Origin: an uncultured Methylomirabilota bacterium
GTDB lineage: Bacteria > Methylomirabilota > Methylomirabilia > Methylomirabilales > 2-02-FULL-66-22
Assembly: GCA_963845565.1 (NCBI GenBank)
Contig: CAWJSJ010000002.1
Location: forward strand, 1,824,001 to 1,888,000
Reading direction: 5' to 3'
DNA: 64,000 nucleotides
The notes under the pieces were generated by a model. That model ran no database searches. It was not told where the DNA came from and saw only the letters and a list, made by a program, of their open reading frames with translations. Shown in pieces: positions 36,414 through 45,765 of the stretch. The translations under genes and the position numbers were made by a program. The stretch's first letter is position 1. Each line of letters begins with the position of its first letter.

Positions 36414-38390
36414 ATGACTGTCACACTCAAGGACATGGCGAATGCGGTGCGAGTGCTCGCGGTCGACACGCTCGTGCGCGCCAAGGATGGGCACCCGGGG
36501 ACGCCGACCGGCGGGGCGGACATCGCCACCACCCTGTTCACCCGGCATCTGAAGTTCGATCCGCTGGTGCCGCGCTGGCCGGACCGCGATCGGTTCGTGC
36601 AGTCCAACGGCCACGGCTCGATGCTCCTCTACTCGCTCCTGCACCTCGCCGGATACAAGGCGATGTCCATGGAGCAGATCAAGAACTTCCGGGTCCTGGG
36701 TTCGCACACCCCGGGCCATCCCGAATACGAGCCCGATCACGGGATCGAGACCACCACGGGTCCGCTCGGGCAGGGGATCGCCAACGCCGTCGGCATGGCG
36801 GTGGCCGAGCGGATGCTCAACGCGCAGTTCGGCGACGCCATCGTCGATCACTACACCTACGCGCTGGTGGGGGACGGCTGCCTGATGGAGGGCGTGGCGC
36901 ACGAGGTGATCTCGCTCGCCGGGCACCTGAAGCTGGGCAAGCTGATCGTCCTCTACGACGACAACCAGATGACCGACGACGGGGTGATCGGGCAGGCGAT
37001 CTCGGAAGACTATCTGCAGCGCTTCGCCTGCGCCGGCTGGCACGTCCAGGAATGCGACGGGCACGACCACGACGCCATCTCGGCGGCGATCGCGGCGGCG
37101 AAGCGGGATGACCGCCCCTCGATGATTCGATGCCGCACGCTGATAGGATTCGGTGTGCCGCGCATCCAGAACGATCGGGCGGCGCACGGAGGCAAGCTCG
37201 GCGAGGACGACGCGCGCGGGATCCGTGAGCGGCTCGGCTGGACACACCCCCCCTTCGCCATTCCGGACGACATCGTGACCGAATGGCGCACGGCCGGCGT
37301 GCGCGGGGCCGGCGTGCGCGCGGCGTGGCAAGCCCGGGTCGACGCCCTGGCTCCGAAGGCGCGGGCCGAATTCGAGCGCCTGATGGCGGGGCGATTGCCC
37401 GATGGATGGGAGAAGTCTCTGTTGGCCTACAAGAAGGCCCAGGTCGAGGCGCAGCCGGAGCGGTCAAACATCCAAACGTCCGGCGAGATCTCGCGTGTGC
37501 TGTCGCACACGATACCGGAACTGGTCGGCGGCGCGCCGGATCTAGAGGCGGCGACCCAGCACAAGCGCGACATGCAACCGTTCACCGCCGCCAACCCGTC
37601 CGGCCGCTACATTCACTACGGTGTGCGCGAGCACGCCATGGGCGCAATGATGAACGGCATGGTCGCCCACAAGGGCGTCGTGCCCTTCGGCGTCACCTTC
37701 CTCGTCTTCTCGGACTACATGCGGCATGCCATGCGGCTCTCGGCAATGATGTCGCTGCCGGTGATCTGGGTCTTCAGCCACGATTCCATCGGCATCGGGA
37801 CCAACGGCCCGACGCATCAGCCGGTGGAATACCTGCCGTCGCTACGCGCGATTCCGAATCTCTGGGTAATGCGGCCGTGCGATGCGGTCGAGGCCGCCGA
37901 GTGCTGGCAGTTGGCCGTCGCGAATCGGAAGAATCCCTCGGCGATCGTCAATTCACGGCAGCCGGTGAAGACGCTGCGCAAGACGTATTCCGACGAGAAT
38001 CTGTGTGCCAAAGGGGCCTACATCGTGGCCGACGCCACCGGTGGCGCGCGCCGCGCAACGCTCTTCGGCACCGGGTCGGAAGTCGCGGTGGCGCTGGCGG
38101 CGCGCGAGACGCTCCAGGCCGCGGGCGTGCCGACGGCGGTCGTCTCGGTTCCGTGCTGGGAACTGTTCTGGGAACAGGGCGCGGATTATCGCGCGACCGT
38201 CATCGGCCGCGGCACCGCGCGGGTGGCGGTCGAGGCCGCGACGCGACTTGGCTGGGAGCGGTTCGTCGGCGAGGATGGCGGCATCGTGGGCATGACCACG
38301 TTCGGCGCCTCGGGCCCTGTGGCCGACCTGTTCGAGCATTTCGGGATCACCCCCGCCCACGTGGTTGCGGAGGTCAAGGCACGGCTCTGA
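36414..38390 (+). CDS. tkt: Transketolase (full length, atypical acceptor site)
   Basis: GHPG, SNGH, TPGHPE, GDGCLMEG, YGVREH, GPTHQP. Confidence 0.9.
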   Translation: MTVTLKDMANAVRVLAVDTLVRAKDGHPGTPTGGADIATTLFTRHLKFDPLVPRWPDRDRFVQSNGHGSMLLYSLLHLAGYKAMSMEQIKNFRVLGSHTPGHPEYEPDHGIETTTGPLGQGIANAVGMAVAERMLNAQFGDAIVDHYTYALVGDGCLMEGVAHEVISLAGHLKLGKLIVLYDDNQMTDDGVIGQAISEDYLQRFACAGWHVQECDGHDHDAISAAIAAAKRDDRPSMIRCRTLIGFGVPRIQNDRAAHGGKLGEDDARGIRERLGWTHPPFAIPDDIVTEWRTAGVRGAGVRAAWQARVDALAPKARAEFERLMAGRLPDGWEKSLLAYKKAQVEAQPERSNIQTSGEISRVLSHTIPELVGGAPDLEAATQHKRDMQPFTAANPSGRYIHYGVREHAMGAMMNGMVAHKGVVPFGVTFLVFSDYMRHAMRLSAMMSLPVIWVFSHDSIGIGTNGPTHQPVEYLPSLRAIPNLWVMRPCDAVEAAECWQLAVANRKNPSAIVNSRQPVKTLRKTYSDENLCAKGAYIVADATGGARRATLFGTGSEVAVALAARETLQAAGVPTAVVSVPCWELFWEQGADYRATVIGRGTARVAVEAATRLGWERFVGEDGGIVGMTTFGASGPVADLFEHFGITPAHVVAEVKARL

Positions 38391-38463
38391 CGACGATCCT
38401 GACACAGGCGCCCGCCCGTCTCTCCTGCGATCGGTCCACACCAGAGGCCCTGGCGCGATCTCC

Positions 38464-38510
38464 CTAACCCGTATTTTTCGCGAACACAACTCGCGAACAA
38501 TGCGGGCTAG
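38464..38510. repeat. REP-like palindrome
   Basis: ctaacccgtatttttcgcga-N7-tcgcgaacaatgcgggctag; right arm identical to that at 7189-7235. Confidence 0.75.
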
Positions 38511-38727
38511 GCGGCCCGGACCGGCGCGATCGAGCTGGGACAGAAGAGGGCCGGAAAAGCAGACGTAGGGTCTCGCAGTCCTTGACACGGCGCCCGCGCC
38601 GAGGGACAGTCCAGCACGTCCACGAGGCCGCGCCTGTCCCCGCACGCGACGGCGCGTCTTGGGACCGCCTGGCTTCGGCGCCGGTCCGTTCTGCAACCTC
38701 AACATACGCCGTGCGGGAGCGGGAATC

Positions 38728-39591
38728 ATGATCATGGGGAACGACGAGCTGGTGAAGGATTTGGAGGCCAAGGCGCGGAAGCTCCGGCTTGACTCCTTGT
38801 TCGTCATGAAGGAGATGGGAATCGGCTGGCTGGGCGGCAGCTTCTCCTCGGCCGACCTGGTCACCGCGCTGCTGTTCTACCGGATGCGGCATGATCCCAA
38901 GAATCCTCTGTGGCCCGAGCGGGACCGGTTGATCATCTCCAAGGGGCACTCCTGCGAAGTCGTCTACGCCGCCCTGGCCGAGGCCGGTTACTTTCCCAGG
39001 GAGGAGCTCAAGACGTACAGCCACCCGGGAGCGCGGCTTCAGACGCACGTCAACACCAAGACGCCGGGGATCGATTACAGCGGCGGCTCCCTGGGGTTGG
39101 GTCTCTCGTTCGCCGTGGGCTCGGCCGCCGGGGCCTACATCCACCCTACCGGGGCCAACCTGGCCGCTCAGACGCGGCGCCACGACCCGCGCTTCCGGGT
39201 CTATTGCGTCGTGGGTGACGGCGAGTGCAACGAAGGACAGGTGTGGGAGGCGGCAGCGAACGCCTCGCACTTCCGGCTGGACAACCTGACCGCGATCATC
39301 GACTCCAACCGATTTCAATCCACCGGGTCGGTGGAGAAGACGCTCAACATGCTCTCCCTGGCCGAGAAGTTCCGTAGCTTCGGCTGGGAGGTGCGGGAGA
39401 TCGACGGCAACAAGATGAGCGACGTGGTGACGACGCTGGAGTGGGCGGCGGGCGTCCGGGGGAAACCCCAGGCCGTCATCGCGCACACAGTGAAGGCCAA
39501 GGGGATGCCCGGCTACGAGAACACGAACTGCCACTTCGTCAAGATCACCGACGAGATGATCCAGACCGGACAAGAGGCTCTGAAGGGTTGA
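38728..39591 (+). CDS. Split transketolase, N-terminal (ThDP-binding) subunit
   Basis: RDR.IISKGH, GSLG.G, GDGECNEG..WE, IDGN, HT.K. Confidence 0.9.
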   Translation: MIMGNDELVKDLEAKARKLRLDSLFVMKEMGIGWLGGSFSSADLVTALLFYRMRHDPKNPLWPERDRLIISKGHSCEVVYAALAEAGYFPREELKTYSHPGARLQTHVNTKTPGIDYSGGSLGLGLSFAVGSAAGAYIHPTGANLAAQTRRHDPRFRVYCVVGDGECNEGQVWEAAANASHFRLDNLTAIIDSNRFQSTGSVEKTLNMLSLAEKFRSFGWEVREIDGNKMSDVVTTLEWAAGVRGKPQAVIAHTVKAKGMPGYENTNCHFVKITDEMIQTGQEALKG

Positions 39592-39631
39592 CGCCCGCCC
39601 ACGCGTGGGGATCCCGAGGGAGGATTGCATC

Positions 39632-40618
39632 GTGAAGACACCGTATCTGCGGGGGACGCGGGACGTCGTCGAGAACCTGTACGCCGCGCACAATCGGGCG
39701 CTCGTCGCGCTGGCCCGTCGCGACCCGCGCATCGTCTCCACCTATGGGGACTTCGGGCCGGGCGAGGTCGGCGGGGTGTTCGCCAAGGAGTGCCCGGATC
39801 GGATCCTGGACGTGGGAATTGCCGAGGGGCACCTTGTGACCAGCGCGGCGGGGCTGGCGGGCGCGGGGTTGATTCCTTTCGCGCACTGCCACGGCATCTT
39901 CGGCCTGGGGCGCGCCTACAATCAGATCCGGCAAAACGTGGCCTATGACCAGCGGAACGTGAAGATCGTCCTGTGCAACTGTGGCGTGATCTGGGGCATC
40001 CTGGGTCCGTCCCACCAGGTGGTGGAGGATCTCGCCGCCCTGCGGGCGATTCCCAGACTGACCATCCTCTCCCCGGCCGACGCGGTCTCGTGCGAGAAGG
40101 CGACGTACGCCGCGGCCGAGCACGCCGGCCCCGTGATCATGCGGCTTCCATCCACGGGCGACAGCTTTCCGACCCTGTACACGAACGACCTCGAGTACCA
40201 GATCGGGAAAGCCATCTGTGTCCGCGAGGGGCAAGACGCGACCATCCTGGCCACGGGCATCCTGGTGCACGACGCCCTGGTGGTGGCCGAGGAATTGGAG
40301 CAGGCCGGACTCTCGATCCGGGTGCTCGACGTGCACACGATCAAGCCTCTGGACGAGGCGGCCGTCCTGGCCGCGGCGCGGGAGACGGGTGCCCTGGTGA
40401 CGGTGGAGGATGCCACTATCCTCGGCGGCCTGGGTGGGGCCGTGGCGGAGTTGACGGCGGACCAATACCCGGTCTTTGTCCGCCGTGTCGGAGTCAAGGA
40501 CCGCTTCGGTGAGTCCGGCAAGCCTGCCGAAGTCAAGGAAGTGTGCGAACTGACAGCTCCCTTCATCCGCCGGGCGGTGGACGAGGTACTGAAGGCAAAG
40601 GCGCAACGAGCGACGTAG
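39632..40618 (+). CDS. Split transketolase, C-terminal subunit
   Basis: DVGIAE, RAY.QIR, GPSHQ..ED, TIKPLD, GGLG. Confidence 0.9.
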   Translation: MKTPYLRGTRDVVENLYAAHNRALVALARRDPRIVSTYGDFGPGEVGGVFAKECPDRILDVGIAEGHLVTSAAGLAGAGLIPFAHCHGIFGLGRAYNQIRQNVAYDQRNVKIVLCNCGVIWGILGPSHQVVEDLAALRAIPRLTILSPADAVSCEKATYAAAEHAGPVIMRLPSTGDSFPTLYTNDLEYQIGKAICVREGQDATILATGILVHDALVVAEELEQAGLSIRVLDVHTIKPLDEAAVLAAARETGALVTVEDATILGGLGGAVAELTADQYPVFVRRVGVKDRFGESGKPAEVKEVCELTAPFIRRAVDEVLKAKAQRAT

Positions 40619-40689
40619 CACATGCGCGCCATCTGCGTCCGAATCGCGTTCCGCTTGTGAGCCGTGACCTTTATGGAGACTGACGCGCC

Positions 40690-41451
40690 ATGTTTGAACT
40701 GACACGTCGCACCGCCATTGTGACCGGAGCCGGATCCAGGCATGGCATCGGAAGGGCCACGGCCGTCGCCCTGGCCGGGCAAGGGGCCGACGTTGCTGTC
40801 TGCGACCTCAACCAAGCCGGGGTGGATGAGACGGTCGCGGAGATTCGGACGCTGGGCCGTCGCGCCCTGAGTTTCGTGGTCGACGTCACCAAGCCTGAGC
40901 AAGTTCAGGTGATGGTGGACGCCGTGGAGAAGGCGTGGGGGCGCATCGACATCTTGGCGAATATCGCCGGGATCACCCAGCCGATCAAAGTGGCCAACAT
41001 GGCTCCGGAGGACTGGGACCGAATCGCGAGCGTCAACATGAAGGGGACATTCCTCTTCTCCAAGGCCGTGGCCGCCGTGATGGCCAAGCACAAGTACGGT
41101 CGTATCGTCAACATGAGCTCCGTCTCGGCCAAGCGCGGGGGCGGGGTCTTTGGCGGCGCGCATTACTCGGCCGCGAAGGCAGGGATCCTCGGCTTTGCCA
41201 AGGCGCTGGCGCGGGAGGTGGCGGCTGACGGCATCACCGTGAACTCGGTGGCGCCCGGCCTCGTACTGACCGACATCCGCGGCGGGATCGAGAGCGAAGA
41301 AGGGCAGGCCCGTTTGGCGGCGGACATCCCGGTCAAGCGGCTCTGCCGTCCGGATGAGATCGCCGCCGTGGTCTGCTTTCTGGCGTCGGAGGAAGCCGGC
41401 TACATCACCGGCGAAGAAATCGATATCAACGGCGGCTCCCACATGGACTAG
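40690..41451 (+). CDS. SDR oxidoreductase
   Basis: TGAGS..GIG, YSAAK, NGG. Confidence 0.9.
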   Translation: MFELTRRTAIVTGAGSRHGIGRATAVALAGQGADVAVCDLNQAGVDETVAEIRTLGRRALSFVVDVTKPEQVQVMVDAVEKAWGRIDILANIAGITQPIKVANMAPEDWDRIASVNMKGTFLFSKAVAAVMAKHKYGRIVNMSSVSAKRGGGVFGGAHYSAAKAGILGFAKALAREVAADGITVNSVAPGLVLTDIRGGIESEEGQARLAADIPVKRLCRPDEIAAVVCFLASEEAGYITGEEIDINGGSHMD

Positions 41452-41607
41452 ACAGACCGCTGAAAACGGCCCATCTGCGGCGTTGGCTCGCTCCCGCGAC
41501 GCTGCGGCGTACGTGCCAAGTACGCCTCGCGCCTCGGATCGTTCGCCGCCTTGCATCTGGCCCGTTTTGAGCGGCCTGAAGAACGGACTTTTTCTGGAAA
41601 CTGCTGG
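41448..41607 (+). mobile_element. MITE-like repeat family A, copy 3
   Basis: ctagacagaccgctgaaaacggcccatctgcgg...ttttgagcggcctg. Confidence 0.8.
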
Positions 41608-41682
41608 TCGCTCCGCCGGGAACTGAGCCATCTGGCCAACTGCAGAGGGCAGTCGGCCGACCCCAAGGATATGGAGGGATCG

Positions 41683-42714
41683 ATGCGGGCGCTTGTTAAG
41701 ACGGAGCCGGTCCCCGGCGCGGCCCTGCTGGATATTGAGGAGCCGCGTCTCCAGCGTGACGAGGTAATGGTCGCGGTGAAGGTCGGAGCCATCTGCGGGA
41801 CCGACATTCACTTCTACCACTGGGATCCGGCCTCGACGAATTTTCCCGTCCGCTTCCCACTGATCCTCGGCCACGAATATGCCGGGGACGTCGTCGAGGT
41901 TGGGGCCGACGTGCGCGGGATCGCGGTCGGCGACCGCATCTCAGTCGAGACCCACATCCCGTGCGGTGGGTGTTACCAGTGCGGCCTTGGAGAGGGGCAC
42001 AATTGCCAGGATATGGGCCTGGTAGGAATCAGCTATCCTGGCGCCTTCGCTCGTTACGCCAAGGTGCCGGCCAAGGTCGCGTTTAAGCTGCCGTCGGGTG
42101 TATCGTACGAAGAGGGGTCGCTGTTCGAGCCGGCCGGCGTGGCCATGCGCGGCGTGGATGAGGCCCACATTGCCCCCGGAGACCTAGTGGTGGTCCTGGG
42201 GTGCGGCCCCATCGGCTTGATCGCCATCCAGATTGCGCGGGCGGTCGGAGCCGCCCAGGTGATCGGCGTGGACATCAACGAGTTCCGGCTGGAGATGGCG
42301 CGCCGCATGGGGGCCCTCGCCGTCAACGCGACGAAAGAGTCGGTCGTCGACGCGGTCAAGAAGGTGGCCGGAAGAAAGGGGGGTGCCGACGCCATCATCG
42401 AGCTGAGCGGGGCGCCGGAGGTCTATGATTACATCTTCGAGATTCTGCGTCTGGAGGGGCGGATCGTGACGGTCGGTCACGTGTCCCGGCCCATCAGCGT
42501 GAACATCTCGAAACAGATCAATCTGAAGGGAGTGTCCCTGAAGGGGGTCTTCGGGCGCCGGATCTGGGAGACCTGGGAGCATCTGTCCTCCCTCGTGGCC
42601 GCCAAGCGGATCGATCTGTCCGGGGTCGTCACGCACCGCTTTCCGCTGGAAGGATTCGAGGACGCTTTCCGACAGGTGCACGGCGAGGCGGGCAAGGTAC
42701 TGTTCGTTCCGTGA
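41683..42714 (+). CDS. Zinc-dependent dehydrogenase (threonine-dehydrogenase-like)
   Basis: ICGTDIH, GHE, C..C..C, GCGPIG, GRRIWETW. Confidence 0.85.
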   Translation: MRALVKTEPVPGAALLDIEEPRLQRDEVMVAVKVGAICGTDIHFYHWDPASTNFPVRFPLILGHEYAGDVVEVGADVRGIAVGDRISVETHIPCGGCYQCGLGEGHNCQDMGLVGISYPGAFARYAKVPAKVAFKLPSGVSYEEGSLFEPAGVAMRGVDEAHIAPGDLVVVLGCGPIGLIAIQIARAVGAAQVIGVDINEFRLEMARRMGALAVNATKESVVDAVKKVAGRKGGADAIIELSGAPEVYDYIFEILRLEGRIVTVGHVSRPISVNISKQINLKGVSLKGVFGRRIWETWEHLSSLVAAKRIDLSGVVTHRFPLEGFEDAFRQVHGEAGKVLFVP

Positions 42715-42773
42715 GGTCAGCACGCATAGCGGACATTCACCGGCATCGGGGAAAACAACAAGGAGGTCGAACC

Positions 42774-43775
42774 ATGCGGAAGCGCGGAATGGTCGTGACC
42801 CTGACGGTCCTCAGTCTCGCCCTCAGCATGTTCCTGGTCCCGGGCGGGCCGGCATCGGCGCAGCAGAAAGTCATCAAGCTGGGCCTCACGGCGGCCGAGG
42901 GGACGCCGGAGGTCGTGGCCAGCCGGGAATTCGCCAAGATCCTTGAGAAGAAATCGGGCGGCGCCATGCGGGCCGACATTCTGGCGGGCGGCCTGGCCGG
43001 CGGCGAGCGGGACATCGTCGAGGGCCAGCAGATCGGCAGCCTGCACATGTCGGTGGTCTCCGGCATCATCCAGAACTTCGACCCGGCCATGATGATCCTC
43101 GAGTACGAGTTCCTGTTCAAGAACGAGGATCACGTCAAGAAGGTCATGAACGGCCCTATCGGGGAGCAGATCAACAAGCGACTCGCGGACAAAGCCAAGC
43201 TCCGCTACCTGGCGGTCTTCATGCGGACGCCGCGGATCTTGACGACCAGCAAGCCGGTGACCAAGGTGGGGGACCTGAAAGGCTTGAAGATCCGGGTGCC
43301 CGAGATGCCGGCCCGGCTGGCTCTCTGGCGGGCGATGGGCGCCAGCCCGACCCCCCTGGCGTTCCCGGAGGTCTTCACCGCCCTGCAATTGGGGACGATC
43401 GACGGTCAGGAAAACCCCGTGGGATTGATCTACAGCGCCAAGTTTCACGAGATCGTCAAGTACCTGGCCCTGACGAACCACATCTACGGTTTTATGCTGT
43501 TGACGATCGGGGATGAGTTCTACAAGTCGCTCACTCCAGAGCAGCGCAAATGGGTGGAGGAGTCGGCGAAGGAGGCCGCCGTATTCAACGACAAGTACGT
43601 CAAGGACACCGAGGCCGACTTCATGGCCAAGGTCACCAAGACGATGACCGTCTCCAGGCCCGATGTGGCACCGTGGCGCGAGGCCACCAAGGACGTCTAC
43701 AAGCAGTTCCTAAGCGTGCAAGGCTTCGGGGATCTGTACATGGCCATCGTGGACGCCGGCAAGGAATACAAGTAG
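42774..43775 (+). CDS. dctP: TRAP transporter substrate-binding protein
   Basis: DLKGLKIRV, EVFTALQ.G.IDGQENP. Confidence 0.92.
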   Translation: MRKRGMVVTLTVLSLALSMFLVPGGPASAQQKVIKLGLTAAEGTPEVVASREFAKILEKKSGGAMRADILAGGLAGGERDIVEGQQIGSLHMSVVSGIIQNFDPAMMILEYEFLFKNEDHVKKVMNGPIGEQINKRLADKAKLRYLAVFMRTPRILTTSKPVTKVGDLKGLKIRVPEMPARLALWRAMGASPTPLAFPEVFTALQLGTIDGQENPVGLIYSAKFHEIVKYLALTNHIYGFMLLTIGDEFYKSLTPEQRKWVEESAKEAAVFNDKYVKDTEADFMAKVTKTMTVSRPDVAPWREATKDVYKQFLSVQGFGDLYMAIVDAGKEYK

Positions 43776-43875
43776 TCCTGATCCCGGGGGCGGGGGCTGC
43801 ATCCCGCCCCCGGCAGGACCAACCGGCCGTTCGAGTCGCGGTCGATTTGGTGCGGCACGATACGCCCGGCCGCGG

Positions 43876-44391
43876 ATGGAGCCAATTACCATGCAGGCAA
43901 TCGTTTGCGCATTCGACCTTCTGGAAAAGACCATCAAGGTTCTGATGGCTGCCCTGATTGCGGGCATGGTGGTCTTGATCGCCACGCAGGTCTGCTTCCG
44001 CTACGTGCTCAACGAGCCGTTGGCATGGACCGAGGAAGTCGCCAGACATCTGATGATCTGGTCGGCGCTGCTGGGGGCGGCCGTGGCGTATCGGCGCAAG
44101 GGTCATCTCGGGATGGACATCCTCGTGATGCACCTGCCGCTCCACTGGCGGCGAGCAGTGGAGGTTATCCTCCAGGTGCTCTCGATCGGCTTCTTCGGAA
44201 TCCTCGTCGTCCATGGGATTCCCCTGGTCGAGCGAACCATGCGCCAGCTCTCGAGCGCCATCCGCATCCCGATGGGGTACATCTACGCAGCGATTCCCGT
44301 CGGCTCCGCCCTTATCCTGCTCTTTGCGATCGAGAGACTCGTTCGGGCGCGGGAAGAACAGGCGAGTTCGGACGACGCCAGACCGGCATAG
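43876..44391 (+). CDS. dctQ: TRAP transporter small permease
   Basis: FRYVLN....WTEE, H..D. Confidence 0.9.
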   Translation: MEPITMQAIVCAFDLLEKTIKVLMAALIAGMVVLIATQVCFRYVLNEPLAWTEEVARHLMIWSALLGAAVAYRRKGHLGMDILVMHLPLHWRRAVEVILQVLSIGFFGILVVHGIPLVERTMRQLSSAIRIPMGYIYAAIPVGSALILLFAIERLVRAREEQASSDDARPA

Positions 44392-44406
44392 GGGGAAGGA
44401 AAGTCC

Positions 44407-45681
44407 ATGCTGCTATTCCTGCTGGTCTTCTTCGCGCTCGTGGTGCTGAGCACTCCCATCAGCATCGCCCTGGGTATCACGTCGATCGTCATGGTGTTGA
44501 CCCAGACCGACCTCAAGCTCATGGTGGTCGCCCAGCGAATGTTTACCGGGATTGACTCCTTTCCGCTCATGGCCATCCCATTCTTCATCCTGTCAGGCCA
44601 CCTCATGAACGCCGGGGGGACGACTCAGCGCTTGATCACCTTCTGTAACGCCCTGGTCGGCCGTCTACGGGGCGGCCTGGCCAACATCTCTATCGTGGGC
44701 AACATGATCATGGCCGGCATTTCCGGCTCTTCGGTGGCCGACGCCTCGGCGCTGGGGTCGATTATCATCCCGGCGATGAAGAAGGAGGGGTACGACGCGG
44801 ACTACGCGGCGGCGGTCAACGCCACGGCTTCCACGATTGGGATCATCATCCCGCCGAGTATTCCCATGATTCTCCTCGGTGTTGTGGCGTCCGTGTCCAT
44901 CCGAGATCTCTTCATCGGAGGCGCCGTCCCCGGTGTGGTGACGGGCCTGGTGCTGATGTCAATCTCCACGTACGTCGCCTACAAGCGGGGGTATCCCAAG
45001 CACGCGCGGGTCTCTGCGGTTGAGGCGTTGCGTCTCACGTTCTTCTGTGTGCCTGCCCTCTTCATGCCCATCGCCATCGTCGGGGGAATCGTGCTGGGAA
45101 TCTTCACCCCCACGGAAGCCGCGGTGATTGCGGTGGTCTATGCGATGATCGTGGGATTCATGATCTATCGGGAGCTGACCTGGGGGAAGGTCCTCGAGGC
45201 TCTGTACGAAACCGGCGTGCAGACGGCCGTGGTGCTGCTGGTGATCGCGACGGCGTCCGTGATCTCGTGGCTTCTGGCCTACAATCTGATCCCGCAAAAG
45301 CTGGCCGAATCATTAGCGGCCTATAACCCCTCCCAGACGATGCTGCTGGCGATCATTGCGATCGTCTGCCTGATCACGGGGACGGTGATCGACGTGGCAC
45401 CGGCCATCATATTGTTGGGTTCGGTCTTCGCGCCGATTGCCTTCAAGCTCAACATCGACCCTGTCCATTTCGGGGTCCTGCTGGTGTACGGAATGGCCAT
45501 TGGCCTGTTCACGCCTCCGGTTGGGACCACTCTCATCCTGTCCTGCTACATCGCCAAGACCACCCTCTTCAAGAGCTTCAAGGCTTGTCTTCCCTTCTTG
45601 GTTGGGATGGTGGCGGTGCTGGCGGGTCTCGTGTTCTTCAAGGAGTTCGCACTCTTTCTTCCTCGCCTGCTGTTTCACTAG
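44407..45681 (+). CDS. dctM: TRAP transporter large permease
   Basis: AIPFF, SGSS.AD, IIPPS, FTPTEA, TPPVG. Confidence 0.92.
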   Translation: MLLFLLVFFALVVLSTPISIALGITSIVMVLTQTDLKLMVVAQRMFTGIDSFPLMAIPFFILSGHLMNAGGTTQRLITFCNALVGRLRGGLANISIVGNMIMAGISGSSVADASALGSIIIPAMKKEGYDADYAAAVNATASTIGIIIPPSIPMILLGVVASVSIRDLFIGGAVPGVVTGLVLMSISTYVAYKRGYPKHARVSAVEALRLTFFCVPALFMPIAIVGGIVLGIFTPTEAAVIAVVYAMIVGFMIYRELTWGKVLEALYETGVQTAVVLLVIATASVISWLLAYNLIPQKLAESLAAYNPSQTMLLAIIAIVCLITGTVIDVAPAIILLGSVFAPIAFKLNIDPVHFGVLLVYGMAIGLFTPPVGTTLILSCYIAKTTLFKSFKACLPFLVGMVAVLAGLVFFKEFALFLPRLLFH

Positions 45682-45765
45682 CCCCGATCGGGGAAACAGT
45701 GCGCCGTTGGCGCAGCGATCCAGTCAGGGCGGCGACGCCGCCCGTATTCTCCCAGGAGGGCTGCC

